DNA of 60,650 nucleotides, taken from Anaerolineales bacterium (GTDB taxonomy: Bacteria > Chloroflexota > Anaerolineae > Anaerolineales > E44-bin32). The position numbers and the translations under genes were made by a program. The notes beneath the pieces are model-generated. The model saw only the letters and a program-made list of their open reading frames with translations. It was not told where the DNA came from and searched no databases. This document shows positions 27,451 through 37,327 of this stretch, in pieces; positions within the stretch are counted from its first letter, which is position 1, and every line of letters begins with the position of its first letter. Location: the NCBI GenBank assembly GCA_041554155.1, contig JBFFMI010000002.1, forward strand, positions 1-60,650, given 5' to 3'.

Positions 27451-28596
27451 ATGGCAAAGAAATCTGAGAAACCTGTACCAAAGCCAGTAATTTGCGCGAC
27501 CTGTGGATCGAAGAATGCAGAAGACAGCTCTCGCTGTGCGGTCTGTGGGGCCTCGCTTAGGGGCCAGTCTGCATCTGGTAGAGCTCGCCGAACGAGCCCT
27601 GAAGTTACGCTCTCGCTCCCGATAGCCCTGATAATCCTGGCGGTATTGATCGTGTTATCAGTAGGCCTGACGTACCTTCTCACGCGTGGTTTGGGAGCAG
27701 GCGTTGCGGCTGAGCCTGAAGCGACGATCACGCTCACGCCCACCGAGACGATCACGCCTTCAGCGACCCCTACCGAGACCCAGGTTCCTTCGCCAACTCC
27801 TTTGCCAACGCTTGAATATTTTGTGGTTGAGAATGATAGCTTGCTCGCAATTGCAGTGCGTTACGATGTCTCGATTCAATCCATCTTGCAGATGAACCCA
27901 GGATTAAACAGTCAATCGATCCTCACCGTTGGGCAGAGGCTCTTGCTTCCACAACCCACACCCTCGCCATCACCCGAGCCGACCGCAACCTTGCCCCCTG
28001 AGGAAGCGACGCGAGCGGCTTGCGATACCATCATCTACACTGTCGAAGCCAATGACACTCTCGGTGGAATTGCCGATAATTACAACGTCAATTTGCGGGC
28101 GATTATGGATTTCAACGGCATGAGTTCCGAGACGGTGTTTCTCGGTCAGGTGTTGATCATCCCGCTGTGTGAACGCAACCCCACACCGGGCCCTTCGCCA
28201 ACACCCACCCCACCCCCGCCTTATCCGGCTGCGAACTTACTGCTGCCACAAGATGGCGCAGCATTCTCCCTTGCTGATGACAGCGTCACCTTGCAGTGGG
28301 CTGCCGTTGGTGAGCTGCGGGAGAATGAATTTTATGAAGTAACCGTCGAAGATATTACTGAAGGCACGGGCACGCGCAAACTCGTCGATTACGTCAAAGA
28401 CACAAAGTATATTATTTCGAGTGACTTCCGCCCGAGCGAATCGCTTCCCCATATCTTGCGCTGGTGGATTGAAGTCGTACGGCAAACTGGTATAAGCGCA
28501 GGTGGCGAAGCGATCTATGTGAGCGGGGGCGCTGCCTCTATCAAGCGTGATTTCACCTGGTCTGGCGCTGCACCCGATTCCACACCTACGCCTTAG
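27451..28596 (+). CDS. LysM domain protein with N-terminal zinc ribbon and TM anchor
   Basis: 381 aa. CATCGS...CAVCG, a TM helix, Pro/Thr-rich linkers and two LysM repeats (YFVVENDSLLAIAVRY..., YTVEANDTLGGIADNY...). Confidence 0.8.
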   Translation: MAKKSEKPVPKPVICATCGSKNAEDSSRCAVCGASLRGQSASGRARRTSPEVTLSLPIALIILAVLIVLSVGLTYLLTRGLGAGVAAEPEATITLTPTETITPSATPTETQVPSPTPLPTLEYFVVENDSLLAIAVRYDVSIQSILQMNPGLNSQSILTVGQRLLLPQPTPSPSPEPTATLPPEEATRAACDTIIYTVEANDTLGGIADNYNVNLRAIMDFNGMSSETVFLGQVLIIPLCERNPTPGPSPTPTPPPPYPAANLLLPQDGAAFSLADDSVTLQWAAVGELRENEFYEVTVEDITEGTGTRKLVDYVKDTKYIISSDFRPSESLPHILRWWIEVVRQTGISAGGEAIYVSGGAASIKRDFTWSGAAPDSTPTP

Positions 28597-28620
28597 CCCT
28601 CAATTCAGTCCGCTACATCA

Positions 28621-28654
28621 AGCGAGCGGTTCAAATACCGCTCGCTTTTTCTTT
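28621..28654 (+). terminator. intrinsic terminator after the LysM gene
   Basis: 10-bp stem AGCGAGCGGT/ACCGCTCGCT with a 6-nt loop, followed by a T-run. Confidence 0.75.
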
Positions 28655-28753
28655 GGAAACACTGTGCTGCCGGGAAGCTCGCAATTGTTTGCATGCTCAT
28701 CGAACGCATGCCGAGGCGAGCATGATCTAACAGCGCGCAATAGGACTGGCGAT

Positions 28754-28778
28754 AAAAAAAGACCGGGCATAGCCGGTC
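28754..28778 (-). terminator. intrinsic terminator after mdh
   Basis: 6-bp GC-rich stem GACCGG/CCGGTC followed on the minus strand by seven U (A-run 28754-28760 on plus). Confidence 0.6.
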
Positions 28779-28805
28779 CTTTTCGTTGAATATGCATCCA
28801 GGTCC

Positions 28806-29729
28806 CTAATATTTCAAAGCTTCGATCGTCTCCCTCACATGGTTTGCCGATTCCACGAGTGCTTTTTGCTCGTCAGCGCTGAGGGAGTACTCGATCACCT
28901 TCTCAAGTCCACCGCGACCAAGTTGGGCAGGTACGCCGAAGAAGATACCTTCTTGGCCGTACTCACCTTCAAGATGTACGGAGGCTGGCACAACGAGGTG
29001 TCGATCCAGCAGGATGGCCTCAACCATCTGGGCCAGGGCAGCTGCCGGGGCATAAAAGGCACTTCCCGTCTTTAGAAGGCCCACAATCTCACCCCCGCCT
29101 TTGCGCGTACGCTCTACGATCGCAGCCAGCCTTTCTGCCGGGAGGATTTCGTCCAACGGCACCCCGGCCACATTCGAGTGATGGGTCAGTGGCACCATAT
29201 CATCGCCATGTCCCCCCAGTACATAGCAATGGACATTTTGCACACTGATATCCAGCTCCATCGCCACGAAAGCCCGCATACGGGCCGAATCCAGAATGCC
29301 GGCTTGTCCGATCACGCGCTCGCGCGGCAGTCCCCCGATCTTCATCGCAAGATAGCTCATGGCATCAAGCGGATTGGTGAGCACAATCAGGATTGCATCC
29401 GGAGAATGCTCGAGCGCTCCTTCCACTGAGGCTCTCATGATCCTGGTATTCGCTTCCAGAAGATCATCACGACTCATCCCGGGTTTACGTGGGAGGCCAG
29501 CAGTTATGACGACAATATCGGATCCCGCTGTAGTTGCGTAATCATTTGTACCTTCAATGTATGCATCCGAACCGATCACCGGCATAGCTTCGGTCAGGTC
29601 CAAACCCTTCCCCTGCGGCATACCTTCAACGATATCGATCAGGACCACATCGGTGAAATCTTTCATCGCAAGAAAATGAGCTGTCGTAGCGCCTGTTTGA
29701 CCGGCGCCTACAATGGTTACTTTTGGCAT
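28806..29729 (-). CDS. mdh: malate dehydrogenase (LDH-like family)
   Basis: 307 aa. VTIVGAGQTG Rossmann motif, and GLPRKPGMSRDDL with the MDH-diagnostic Arg. Confidence 0.92.
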   Translation of the reverse strand: MPKVTIVGAGQTGATTAHFLAMKDFTDVVLIDIVEGMPQGKGLDLTEAMPVIGSDAYIEGTNDYATTAGSDIVVITAGLPRKPGMSRDDLLEANTRIMRASVEGALEHSPDAILIVLTNPLDAMSYLAMKIGGLPRERVIGQAGILDSARMRAFVAMELDISVQNVHCYVLGGHGDDMVPLTHHSNVAGVPLDEILPAERLAAIVERTRKGGGEIVGLLKTGSAFYAPAAALAQMVEAILLDRHLVVPASVHLEGEYGQEGIFFGVPAQLGRGGLEKVIEYSLSADEQKALVESANHVRETIEALKY

Positions 29730-29754
29730 CCTGCCTCCAAGAATTTGATTAAAA

Positions 29755-30906
29755 TTAGCTTATGAAGATTAAACCTTCGTTTTGCTCCCTGGTCGATTGT
29801 GGGCTCTCAGGAAGATGATGATGAACATAAATGCCCTCGCGATCTACAGCCTGCCCAACCACCCAGGCGGGTTGCCCCGCAGCGGCAGCAAGCTCCAAGA
29901 ATCGCTCGAGCTTGCTGGGGGATACGGCTAATAGCAATCCGCCCGAAGTTTGGGCATCAAAGAGCAGCATCTGGCTATAGTCGTCTATCGCGCTATCAAA
30001 CGATACTTGATCCCTGAAATACCGGGTGTTATCCGCACTACCACCAGGGAATTGCCCTTCCCTGGCATAGTCTAAAGCGCCCCGAAGGAAGGGGATCGCT
30101 GGCAACCAGAAATCGAAACCTACATGGGATGCATTGGCCAACTCTAACGCGTGGCCAAGATATCCAAAGCCAGTGATGTCGGTTCCCGACACGACACCTA
30201 CGTCTGTGGCAATCCTGGCAGCCTGACTGTTCAACTGGCTCATCCAGGCGATCACCTGCTCTTCGTCTTCGGGGGAACACTTGCCATTCTTCAAGGCAGT
30301 TGTGGTGACACCCGATCCCAGCGGTTTGGTCAGGACCAGTTTATCTCCCAGCTGTACAGCGTTTTTAGTGATCAAGCGCTCCTGCTGGGCCAACCCGATA
30401 GCCACCAACCCATACTTTGGCTCGTCATCCTGAACCGTATGGCCGCCGGCGATGACAGCCCCTGCTTCGCGCACCTTTTCAGCGCCGCCGCGCATAATTT
30501 CTCGCACCACAGCGGCGGGAAGTGTCGCCGGCATCGCAGCGACATTCAAAGCAAATATCGGTTTTGCACCCATTGCATACAGGTCGGAAAGCGCATTTGA
30601 CGCGGCAATAGCACCGTACTCGTATGGCGTATCGACAACAGGGGTGAAGAAATCCACCGTCACCACGAGAGCCTGGTGATCGTCAATCCGCCAAACAGCG
30701 GCATCGTCAGGCTTGCCCAAACCAACAAGCAAGTCTGGATATTCCTCCTGCGGGAATAAATCCTGGAGCGGCCGCAATACCTGCGCCAGCGCTTCCGCGC
30801 TTAACTTAGACGCTCAACCCGCACAGCTGGAGAGACTGGTAAGACGTATTTGTCTTCCCGACGTCCCCTGGATCTCTCCATGGACGCCATCTGCCTCTAC
30901 GTTCAT
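29755..30906 (-). CDS. selD: selenide, water dikinase (selenophosphate synthetase), selenocysteine-containing
   Basis: The track ORF (29755-30777) starts at a TTG inside the gene. Reading upstream in the same frame gives MNVEADGVHGEIQGTSGRQIRLTSLSSCAGU(TGA 30814-30816)ASKLSAEALAQVL. This aligns with the E. coli SelD N-terminus [25 protein letters not shown], with U at the Cys17 position and the Lys conserved. ATG at 30904-30906 is preceded by GAGGAG. The upstream in-frame stop is at 30943-30945. Confidence 0.85.
30788..30816 (-). promoter_or_regulatory. UGA(Sec) codon plus candidate SECIS-like hairpin
   Basis: On the mRNA: UGA GCGUCUAAGUUA then AGCGC-GGAA-GCGCU, a 5-bp stem with a GGAA loop (30788-30801) starting 13 nt after the UGA. 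The structure is small and the assignment is tentative. Confidence 0.35.
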
Positions 30907-31062
30907 AATCTCCTCACGATCGACTGCACAACATAATGGATTCTATGGGTCGAGATTGGCCCTGTCAACCAATTGGATCCAAGTGGATCATTTTGATCGC
31001 GCCCGCAACAGCTGGCTTTGCGCTGTTGAACTACATCAGGGCCTATGGTAGAGTTCCACGCG

Positions 31063-31830
31063 ATGATTTTGCGAAAGAAGATGCGCTACTCGATATTCGC
31101 CCTTGCCATGGCCACAATCAGTCTCTCCTGTTCGGTTGAGAGGCCATACAAGGAGCTCCATGTTGCCGCTGCAACTAGTCTCACACGTGTGTTTCAGGAA
31201 TTAGCCGCCGCATTCGAAGTAGAAACCGGTATCTCGGTTATCGCCTCCTTTGCATCCACCGGACAGCTTGCACAACAAATACGAAACGGCGCGCCCTTTG
31301 ACATCTTTGCTGCGGCGGATGCCCGTCATATCGACGACCTGATAGATAGCGGTCACCTGACAATCGAATCCCGCACAGAGTACGCTCTCGGCGCACTCGT
31401 TCTCGTGCAACCTCGCCAACCAGCACCAGCACTTCACTCGCTCAGCGACCTGACCCAGGCCAGCGTGAAGCGAATCGCCATAGCTAATCCCGAACATGCA
31501 CCCTATGGAATCGCGGCACAACAAACCCTGGCATCGCTTGGCTACTTAGAAGAGCTGCAACCGAAAATCATATACGGTGAGACGGTCAGACAGGCTGCCG
31601 TGATGGTGGGAACAGGAAATGCCGAAGCAGGCCTCATCGCGCGTTCGGTGCTGGATGAATCCCTCGCACCCGTGATGGATATTGGCGCAGACCTTCACCA
31701 GCCCATTCTCCACGTTGCAGCAATGCTTACCGAAGCGGATGATAACGCGAGTGCAAAAGCATTCCTGGCGTTTCTGGTTTCTCCTCAATCCAGGGACATC
31801 TTTCAAGCCTATGGTTTAATGACGCCATGA
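31063..31830 (+). CDS. modA: molybdate ABC transporter substrate-binding protein
   Basis: Signal-peptide-like N-terminus (alternative starts at 31045 and 31081). AAATSL...FE..TGI.V..SF.STGQLAQQI..GAPFD.F.AAD is typical of ModA. Confidence 0.85.
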   Translation: MILRKKMRYSIFALAMATISLSCSVERPYKELHVAAATSLTRVFQELAAAFEVETGISVIASFASTGQLAQQIRNGAPFDIFAAADARHIDDLIDSGHLTIESRTEYALGALVLVQPRQPAPALHSLSDLTQASVKRIAIANPEHAPYGIAAQQTLASLGYLEELQPKIIYGETVRQAAVMVGTGNAEAGLIARSVLDESLAPVMDIGADLHQPILHVAAMLTEADDNASAKAFLAFLVSPQSRDIFQAYGLMTP

Positions 31831-32492
31831 CCAGCATGCTAATCCCGCTTGTATTGTCCTTGCGCGTTGCGCTTGTGGCGACAGGGTTATCTTTGTTGCT
31901 AGGGATACCGATTGCGACAGTGCTCGCACGAAAAGAACATTGGTACAACAACATCTTAGACGCAGCGGCCAATCTCCCATTGGTCCTTCCCCCGACAGTT
32001 TTAGGCTATTACCTGTTAGTGTTGCTCGGGTCACGTTCGCCTATTGGATCGATTTTTGATGCTCTCGGCTTATCGCTGACCTTTACCTGGTATGGAGCTG
32101 CGCTTGCAGCCTCACTCGTGGCATTGCCGCTGGTCGTACAATCTACCCGCGCAGCTCTTGAGGCAGTCGATCCGGACCTGGAAGACGTTGCACGCACGTT
32201 AGGTCGCAGCAACCTGAAGATCTGGCTCACGATATCGCTACCGCTCGCATGGCGAGGTGTGCTCGCTGGAACAATGCTGGCTTTCTCACGCGCCTTGGGG
32301 GAATTCGGGGCTACTTTATTAATCGCCGGGAATATCCCTGGACGTACACAAACCTTACCTATCGCGATCTATGACGCAGTTCAGAGTGGCAATCAACCCC
32401 TGGCGAACGCAATGGCGCTGGTGCTCACACTTGTCGCCTTGATCATCCTTCTTGCGATTCGCCAACTGGGACAGGGTGTTAGCCGGCGATGA
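31827..32492 (+). CDS. modB: molybdate ABC transporter permease
   Basis: 221 aa. EAA-loop region (ARTLG...LPLAWRG) and 5 TM helices. 4-nt overlaps with both neighbours. Confidence 0.88.
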   Translation: MTSMLIPLVLSLRVALVATGLSLLLGIPIATVLARKEHWYNNILDAAANLPLVLPPTVLGYYLLVLLGSRSPIGSIFDALGLSLTFTWYGAALAASLVALPLVVQSTRAALEAVDPDLEDVARTLGRSNLKIWLTISLPLAWRGVLAGTMLAFSRALGEFGATLLIAGNIPGRTQTLPIAIYDAVQSGNQPLANAMALVLTLVALIILLAIRQLGQGVSRR

Positions 32493-33607
32493 TGAGCCAC
32501 TCGGGTGCCTACTTCTCAGCAGAAATCAAACTTGCATTGGAAGGATTCGATTTATCCGTAGAGATGCAGCTGGGAAATGAGCTTGGCGTGGTATTTGGCC
32601 CATCAGGTTCTGGAAAGTCGCTATTGCTGCGAACGATCGCCGGGTTATTGACCCCGGATCAGGGCCGTATTGAAATTGGGGATCGCGTCCTCCTGGATAC
32701 CAACGCAGGTGTAAATCTCGCTCCCCAAGAGCGTCAAATCGGTTATATGCCACAGAAATATGCGTTATTCCCTCACCTGAATGTTACCGAGAATATCTGT
32801 TTCGGGCTCTTTGGTTGGGATAGCAAAGAACGGGAAAAGCGCCTACGAGAGCTCATCGAGGTCATGCGCCTCGATCCTGTACGTGACCGCTTCCCAAACG
32901 AACTCTCTGGGGGTGAGCAACAGCGTACCGCACTAGCACGAGCCATCGCCCCGCGCCCATCCATCCTGCTCATGGATGAGCCTTTCGCAGCCCTGGATGA
33001 GATTCTGCGTGAACACCTGCGAGAGGAACTGGTTCGCATCCAGCGCCGATTTCAGATCCCCGTTTTACTCGTGACCCACAATCTAGCCGAAGCATATACA
33101 CTCGCGGATCGGGTCATGATCTTCGAAGCAGGGTCACTCACGCAGCAAGGATCGCGTGACGATGTATTCCGACGACCCGCAACCCCACAGATCGCTCGAC
33201 TCATGGCAATGGAAAATGTCATCTCTGTACCTGTTCGGGAGGCAGCCCAGGACCAAGTTCATATCAACTGGTGGGGCCAAGAAGTGGTGCTTGGAGATGT
33301 AGCACATTTCCCCTCTGGAGAGTCACTTACAATCGGCATTCGCCCGGAAGACATCATGATCGTCCGCAAAGCAAGTAAACCGTTACGGCGGGAAGGGGAT
33401 ATCTTCTTTAATGGAAAGTTGGTGAAGGATCAAGCGCGTGGCTTCGATCATCAATTGACGTTCCACATTCAAGGGACGGATGATCCAGAAGCGAAGATAA
33501 TTGTCCGGGTTCCACACCCCACTTTTTTGCGATTAGAACTTAACCTTGATGAGCTGCGCACACTCGTGATCAGGCCCAAGGTCCTGCACCTTTTTAACCT
33601 TGGATAA
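32489..33607 (+). CDS. modC: molybdate ABC transporter ATP-binding protein with C-terminal TOBE-like domain
   Basis: 372 aa. Walker A GPSGSGKS, signature LSGGEQQR, Walker B LLMDEP. Confidence 0.85.
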   Translation: MMSHSGAYFSAEIKLALEGFDLSVEMQLGNELGVVFGPSGSGKSLLLRTIAGLLTPDQGRIEIGDRVLLDTNAGVNLAPQERQIGYMPQKYALFPHLNVTENICFGLFGWDSKEREKRLRELIEVMRLDPVRDRFPNELSGGEQQRTALARAIAPRPSILLMDEPFAALDEILREHLREELVRIQRRFQIPVLLVTHNLAEAYTLADRVMIFEAGSLTQQGSRDDVFRRPATPQIARLMAMENVISVPVREAAQDQVHINWWGQEVVLGDVAHFPSGESLTIGIRPEDIMIVRKASKPLRREGDIFFNGKLVKDQARGFDHQLTFHIQGTDDPEAKIIVRVPHPTFLRLELNLDELRTLVIRPKVLHLFNLG

Positions 33608-33624
33608 AGGTCGATAGGAGAACG

Positions 33625-33659
33625 ATGAGAGCCGGTGGGTAAGCCCCACCGGCTCTCAT
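33625..33659. terminator. strong hairpin between convergent genes (no clear U-tract)
   Basis: Perfect 15-bp stem ATGAGAGCCGGTGGG/CCCACCGGCTCTCAT with a 5-nt loop. Confidence 0.55.
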
Positions 33660-33692
33660 GATGCCACATGATGACACAGGAAATGGGGATAA

Positions 33693-33887
33693 TTAACGCT
33701 CGGGTAACAACCCGTAGGCTAGTGCCACACCGAAACCAGCACCCATAACTGCAGAGGCTCCTATCCAGATAAAGAACTCCAGAGAAAGGAAATCGGCAGC
33801 CAGCCCTCCCATAATCCCACCGAAGAGAGCACCGACCAAACCGGTGACAATGATGGCGAGTACGATTTTCTTAATTTCAGGAAGCAT
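33693..33887 (-). CDS. small hypothetical membrane protein (about 64 aa)
   Basis: Trimmed to the ATG at 33885-33887, preceded by GGAGAGG. Two Gly-rich hydrophobic helices. The longer track ORF would overlap the upstream gene. Confidence 0.45.
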   Translation of the reverse strand: MLPEIKKIVLAIIVTGLVGALFGGIMGGLAADFLSLEFFIWIGASAVMGAGFGVALAYGLLPER

Positions 33888-33955
33888 ATCCACTACCTCT
33901 CCACTGACGTAGAGTGATTGTACCGAGTTGAGAAGAGACGTCAAGGGCAGACTTC

Positions 33956-34930
33956 CTAAGACCTCCGCTCGTCTAGAATCGCTTGCAGCATGGGCAAGCT
34001 CAAATTGCCACCTGATATGATGCACACGACGGTTCGATCCTTCCAGTCCTCACCCTTTTTAACAAGTGGGTGCGTACTGATTGCACCGGAGGGTTCAGCA
34101 AGGATCGACTCGTGCTTCAGCAAATCATATACCGCATCTCTGAGTTGTTGTTCATCTGCAAGTTCTATCCGGTCAATTAGAGTCCGTGCGAGTGCAAAGG
34201 GGATGGCGCCAAAACCACCCGCCAGACCATCCGCAATGGTCGGAGCATGATCGAAGGGATCATAAGCTTGACCATCCCTGAGACTCAACCGACCAGATGG
34301 GCTTGCGGCAGCCTGGACGCCAACAACCTGAATCGTCGGGCGGATCTGCTTCATCACACTGGCTATGCCCGCGATGAGCCCACCCCCACCTACCGGGACC
34401 ACCACAATATCAGCTCTGGGAATCTCTGCTACTACCTCTAAACCTATCGTTCCCTGGCCTGCGATAATATCCAAATCATCGTATGCGGAGATATAGGTCC
34501 ATCCCCGGTCTGCTGCCAGCTGCAGAGCTGCTTGATGTGCCTGCTCATAAGAAAATCCTTGCTCAACCAACTCAAGCGAAAAGCGCTCCAGCTTCTCTTT
34601 TTTAGGTTGAGGGGCATTTTCAGGAATGACAATCGCGACGGGTTGAATGCCGAGTGACTCCGCAGCGAAGGCAACACCCAACCCGTGATTGCCAGCAGAA
34701 CCAGTGACTACACCCTTTAAGTTACCTGCCCGCTGGAGAGCCAACATCTTATTAAGTGCCCCCCGAACCTTAAAGGATCCCGTAGGTTGGTAGCTCTCCA
34801 GTTTCAGCCATACTTCTGCGCAAAAAATGTCAGAAAAGGCTCGGCTATGGATCAGAGCTGTCGGTTGAAGATAATCATGTATCCCATCGGCAGCTTCCTG
34901 AATCACCGCTATGTCGAGAGCTGCGGTCAT
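33956..34930 (-). CDS. threonine ammonia-lyase / serine-threonine dehydratase (PLP fold type II)
   Basis: 324 aa. PLP-lysine motif SFKVRGALNKM and GSAGNHG. Confidence 0.85.
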   Translation of the reverse strand: MTAALDIAVIQEAADGIHDYLQPTALIHSRAFSDIFCAEVWLKLESYQPTGSFKVRGALNKMLALQRAGNLKGVVTGSAGNHGLGVAFAAESLGIQPVAIVIPENAPQPKKEKLERFSLELVEQGFSYEQAHQAALQLAADRGWTYISAYDDLDIIAGQGTIGLEVVAEIPRADIVVVPVGGGGLIAGIASVMKQIRPTIQVVGVQAAASPSGRLSLRDGQAYDPFDHAPTIADGLAGGFGAIPFALARTLIDRIELADEQQLRDAVYDLLKHESILAEPSGAISTHPLVKKGEDWKDRTVVCIISGGNLSLPMLQAILDERRS

Positions 34931-36072
34931 CAGAATTCAGATCTCGGTTGTGGAAGTGGAGCTCCGATCTGACGTTTCGATTGATCCTTAAAGAAGTATC
35001 GCGCAACCAACATGAGCAATCCAAGACCGAGCACAATAGCCGAAGTAACCATAATACGGGACGAAAAACCATTCGTGATATTAGTGGCTACACGCAGCCC
35101 GGTGTTAACGAGTCCAGGTGATAAGCCTCCCCCTTGCTGTAATTGCAGCACGCGCTCCATACCCCACACGGATAACGGTCTTAGCGCCAAACCTGCGCCG
35201 ATAGTTGTTAAACCAGTGAGGACTAAACCACTGCCCCACCACCCCAACCAGCCCCGAATATCTCGCACTACCAGGACTGTAATCAACACGAGCCAGAACA
35301 AGCTTACCCAGGGAGCGTACTGGAGTGCGCTCCTTACCAGATTCAACCCTAATCCAACGGGGCCCTCTGGATTCAACAACTGGGAAGGGAGTGCAATTTC
35401 CACGTTGGCTGGCAAATCTTGTACAACCACAGCTACACCGGATCGGATAAAAGGTTCCGCCTGTGCCATTAATTCAGCCGGAGGATTGCAGCGGATGATC
35501 GCATCGCTCAACCCTCTGGTAATCAATACTTGGGTCAACTCGGCAACCTGCTCAAGCGTGCAATCCGGCTGCGCTTGCATCACCTCTAAGATCGCGTTAT
35601 ATCCAGCATCGCTATCCACACGATCCTTAATCTCTTGGAGCGAAATAACGATCGAGTCCGGGATCCCTTCTCCGGTGTATAAACCAAAGATCTGGGCGAG
35701 GACTGCCTCCGTTTGCTCCTCCAACCAGAGCGGATCAACTAGTGCTGAGATCACGGTCTCCCAGCTCTGCTCCGGTAAGTTCGCAAAGTAGCCAGGAAGG
35801 CCGCCTTCAAGGCTTTCGGGTTGTTCAGATGGTCCCTCTCCCTCGCACCTGCTTGGATCCTCCTGGCAGGGATTGTAGGTCATGCTAAATAGCATTTGAT
35901 CCGCGGCTAGGGCTGGCAGCTCCTGGTATACACCTTCCTGTCTAAACGCCTCTGAATATGTCTCTGGGGCGAGGAGAAATAGTCGCACGTTGAGAACCAT
36001 GATGGTAAGCGCCGCGCTGATGACGAACAACAACAGTGCGATCCCTGCAAGGATTCGGGCACAACCCTTCAT
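34930..36072 (-). CDS. hypothetical membrane protein (paralog of 20224-21405)
   Basis: Start set to the ATG at 36070-36072, which lies 7 nt after AGGAGG. Same architecture as the paralog and shared motifs (VRDIRGWLGWWGSGLVLTG versus IRHWRDFGRWWGLPLLLGG). Confidence 0.6.
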   Translation of the reverse strand: MKGCARILAGIALLLFVISAALTIMVLNVRLFLLAPETYSEAFRQEGVYQELPALAADQMLFSMTYNPCQEDPSRCEGEGPSEQPESLEGGLPGYFANLPEQSWETVISALVDPLWLEEQTEAVLAQIFGLYTGEGIPDSIVISLQEIKDRVDSDAGYNAILEVMQAQPDCTLEQVAELTQVLITRGLSDAIIRCNPPAELMAQAEPFIRSGVAVVVQDLPANVEIALPSQLLNPEGPVGLGLNLVRSALQYAPWVSLFWLVLITVLVVRDIRGWLGWWGSGLVLTGLTTIGAGLALRPLSVWGMERVLQLQQGGGLSPGLVNTGLRVATNITNGFSSRIMVTSAIVLGLGLLMLVARYFFKDQSKRQIGAPLPQPRSEF

Positions 36073-36134
36073 GCTGCTTCCTCCTGTTTGTACAGTCTCT
36101 GTTGGTGCCGCTCTCACGCTCGATTATGCGATCA

Positions 36135-37109
36135 TCATAACTGCAGTTGTGTGCCAATCTTCATCTTCCTGGCCCTTTGATAAATCTCAGGAGCCACGGC
36201 CATATCGTCAATCGCAAGGCCCAGATTGATCGCAATTACACGCTCATCATCATGTTCACGTCGGGGTACAGTCCCCAAGACGATCTCCCCCAGATCGGCG
36301 TAGGGTTCTGGAGTGTCCTGGAAGTAACCAATCGAGCGATAATACTCGAACTGCGCGTGGTCATCGGTGGAGATTTTATCCATTTCCGCTAAAGCATCTG
36401 CTGTCCAATAGGAATCAAAATCGACCGCACTCGCAAATCCACCCGGACGCAACCAACCGGCGCCGATCGTTGGATCGGGATGCTTAAGAATCGGCCCCGA
36501 GGTCACCACAATATCGCATTCCTGCACTGCTTCGAGCGGCGTTTCAACCGCGATAATCTCAAGCCCCAGCTTGCCTGACATCTCCTCGGTATAGGCACTG
36601 AGCACTTCAGGCACAATATCGTACGCCCAGACTTTTTCCAGCGGGAAGAGCGCATTGATGGCCTCCAGATTTGTGCGTCCTTGCACACCACAGGCCAATA
36701 TACCCACTTTGCAGCTCTTGGGATCTGCCAGGTATTTTGCAGCGATCGCCGTTGCGGCAGCCGTACGGTACGCAGTGATCCAAACACAATCCATGATGGC
36801 ATAAGGAAGGCCCGTCTCTACATCGTTCAAGATCAGCAAACCACTGATGTAGGGAAGGCCTTTCGTTTGATTTTCGGGGTATCCGCTCACCCACTTGATC
36901 CCTGCTGATCGCATCGCAGGGATATATGCTGGCATGGCGTGAATGAACGCATCCGGTTGCGTGTGGATACCCGGTTTCGGCGGCATCTCCACTCGTTGAT
37001 TGCCTTTTTCATGAAAGGCCTTCTCAACCAGCTCGATGATGCTCTTGATGTCCAAGCCAACATCGATGACGTCGCGTTGTGATAAATACAATAGCTCGGG
37101 CAATTGCAT
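36135..37109 (-). CDS. ornithine cyclodeaminase/mu-crystallin family protein
   Basis: Trimmed to MQLPELLYLSQRDV. Central Rossmann motif GILACGVQGR. Overall pattern fits the OCD/alanine dehydrogenase (archaeal-type) family. Confidence 0.78.
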   Translation of the reverse strand: MQLPELLYLSQRDVIDVGLDIKSIIELVEKAFHEKGNQRVEMPPKPGIHTQPDAFIHAMPAYIPAMRSAGIKWVSGYPENQTKGLPYISGLLILNDVETGLPYAIMDCVWITAYRTAAATAIAAKYLADPKSCKVGILACGVQGRTNLEAINALFPLEKVWAYDIVPEVLSAYTEEMSGKLGLEIIAVETPLEAVQECDIVVTSGPILKHPDPTIGAGWLRPGGFASAVDFDSYWTADALAEMDKISTDDHAQFEYYRSIGYFQDTPEPYADLGEIVLGTVPRREHDDERVIAINLGLAIDDMAVAPEIYQRARKMKIGTQLQL

Positions 37110-37327
37110 CGTGATTGTCCTTTCTGCAAGTGACAGCGTGATTGTGCATTTAAAAACTCTTCGTCGCAAACTTTGAACAATTGAGATTGAGGGCTACACG
37201 AGAATTGAACTTCATCAAGGACGACCAGTTGCTCAATATCTGGTAGCCCGGTTTGGTTCCAATACTCGATATTGCAACCAGTGGACTGGTGAGATCGATG
37301 ATTTTAAAGATCTGCTTGGAGAGGAGA

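Noticed and set aside
28547-28789. 80-aa plus-strand ORF after the LysM gene
   Set aside because: It spans two terminator hairpins in a convergent intergenic region. No SD and no motifs.
35012-35791. 259-aa plus-strand ORF
   Set aside because: Entirely antisense to the 34930-36072 membrane-protein gene. Its Pro/Ser/Thr-rich low-complexity translation is typical of a shadow frame in GC-rich coding DNA. No start context.
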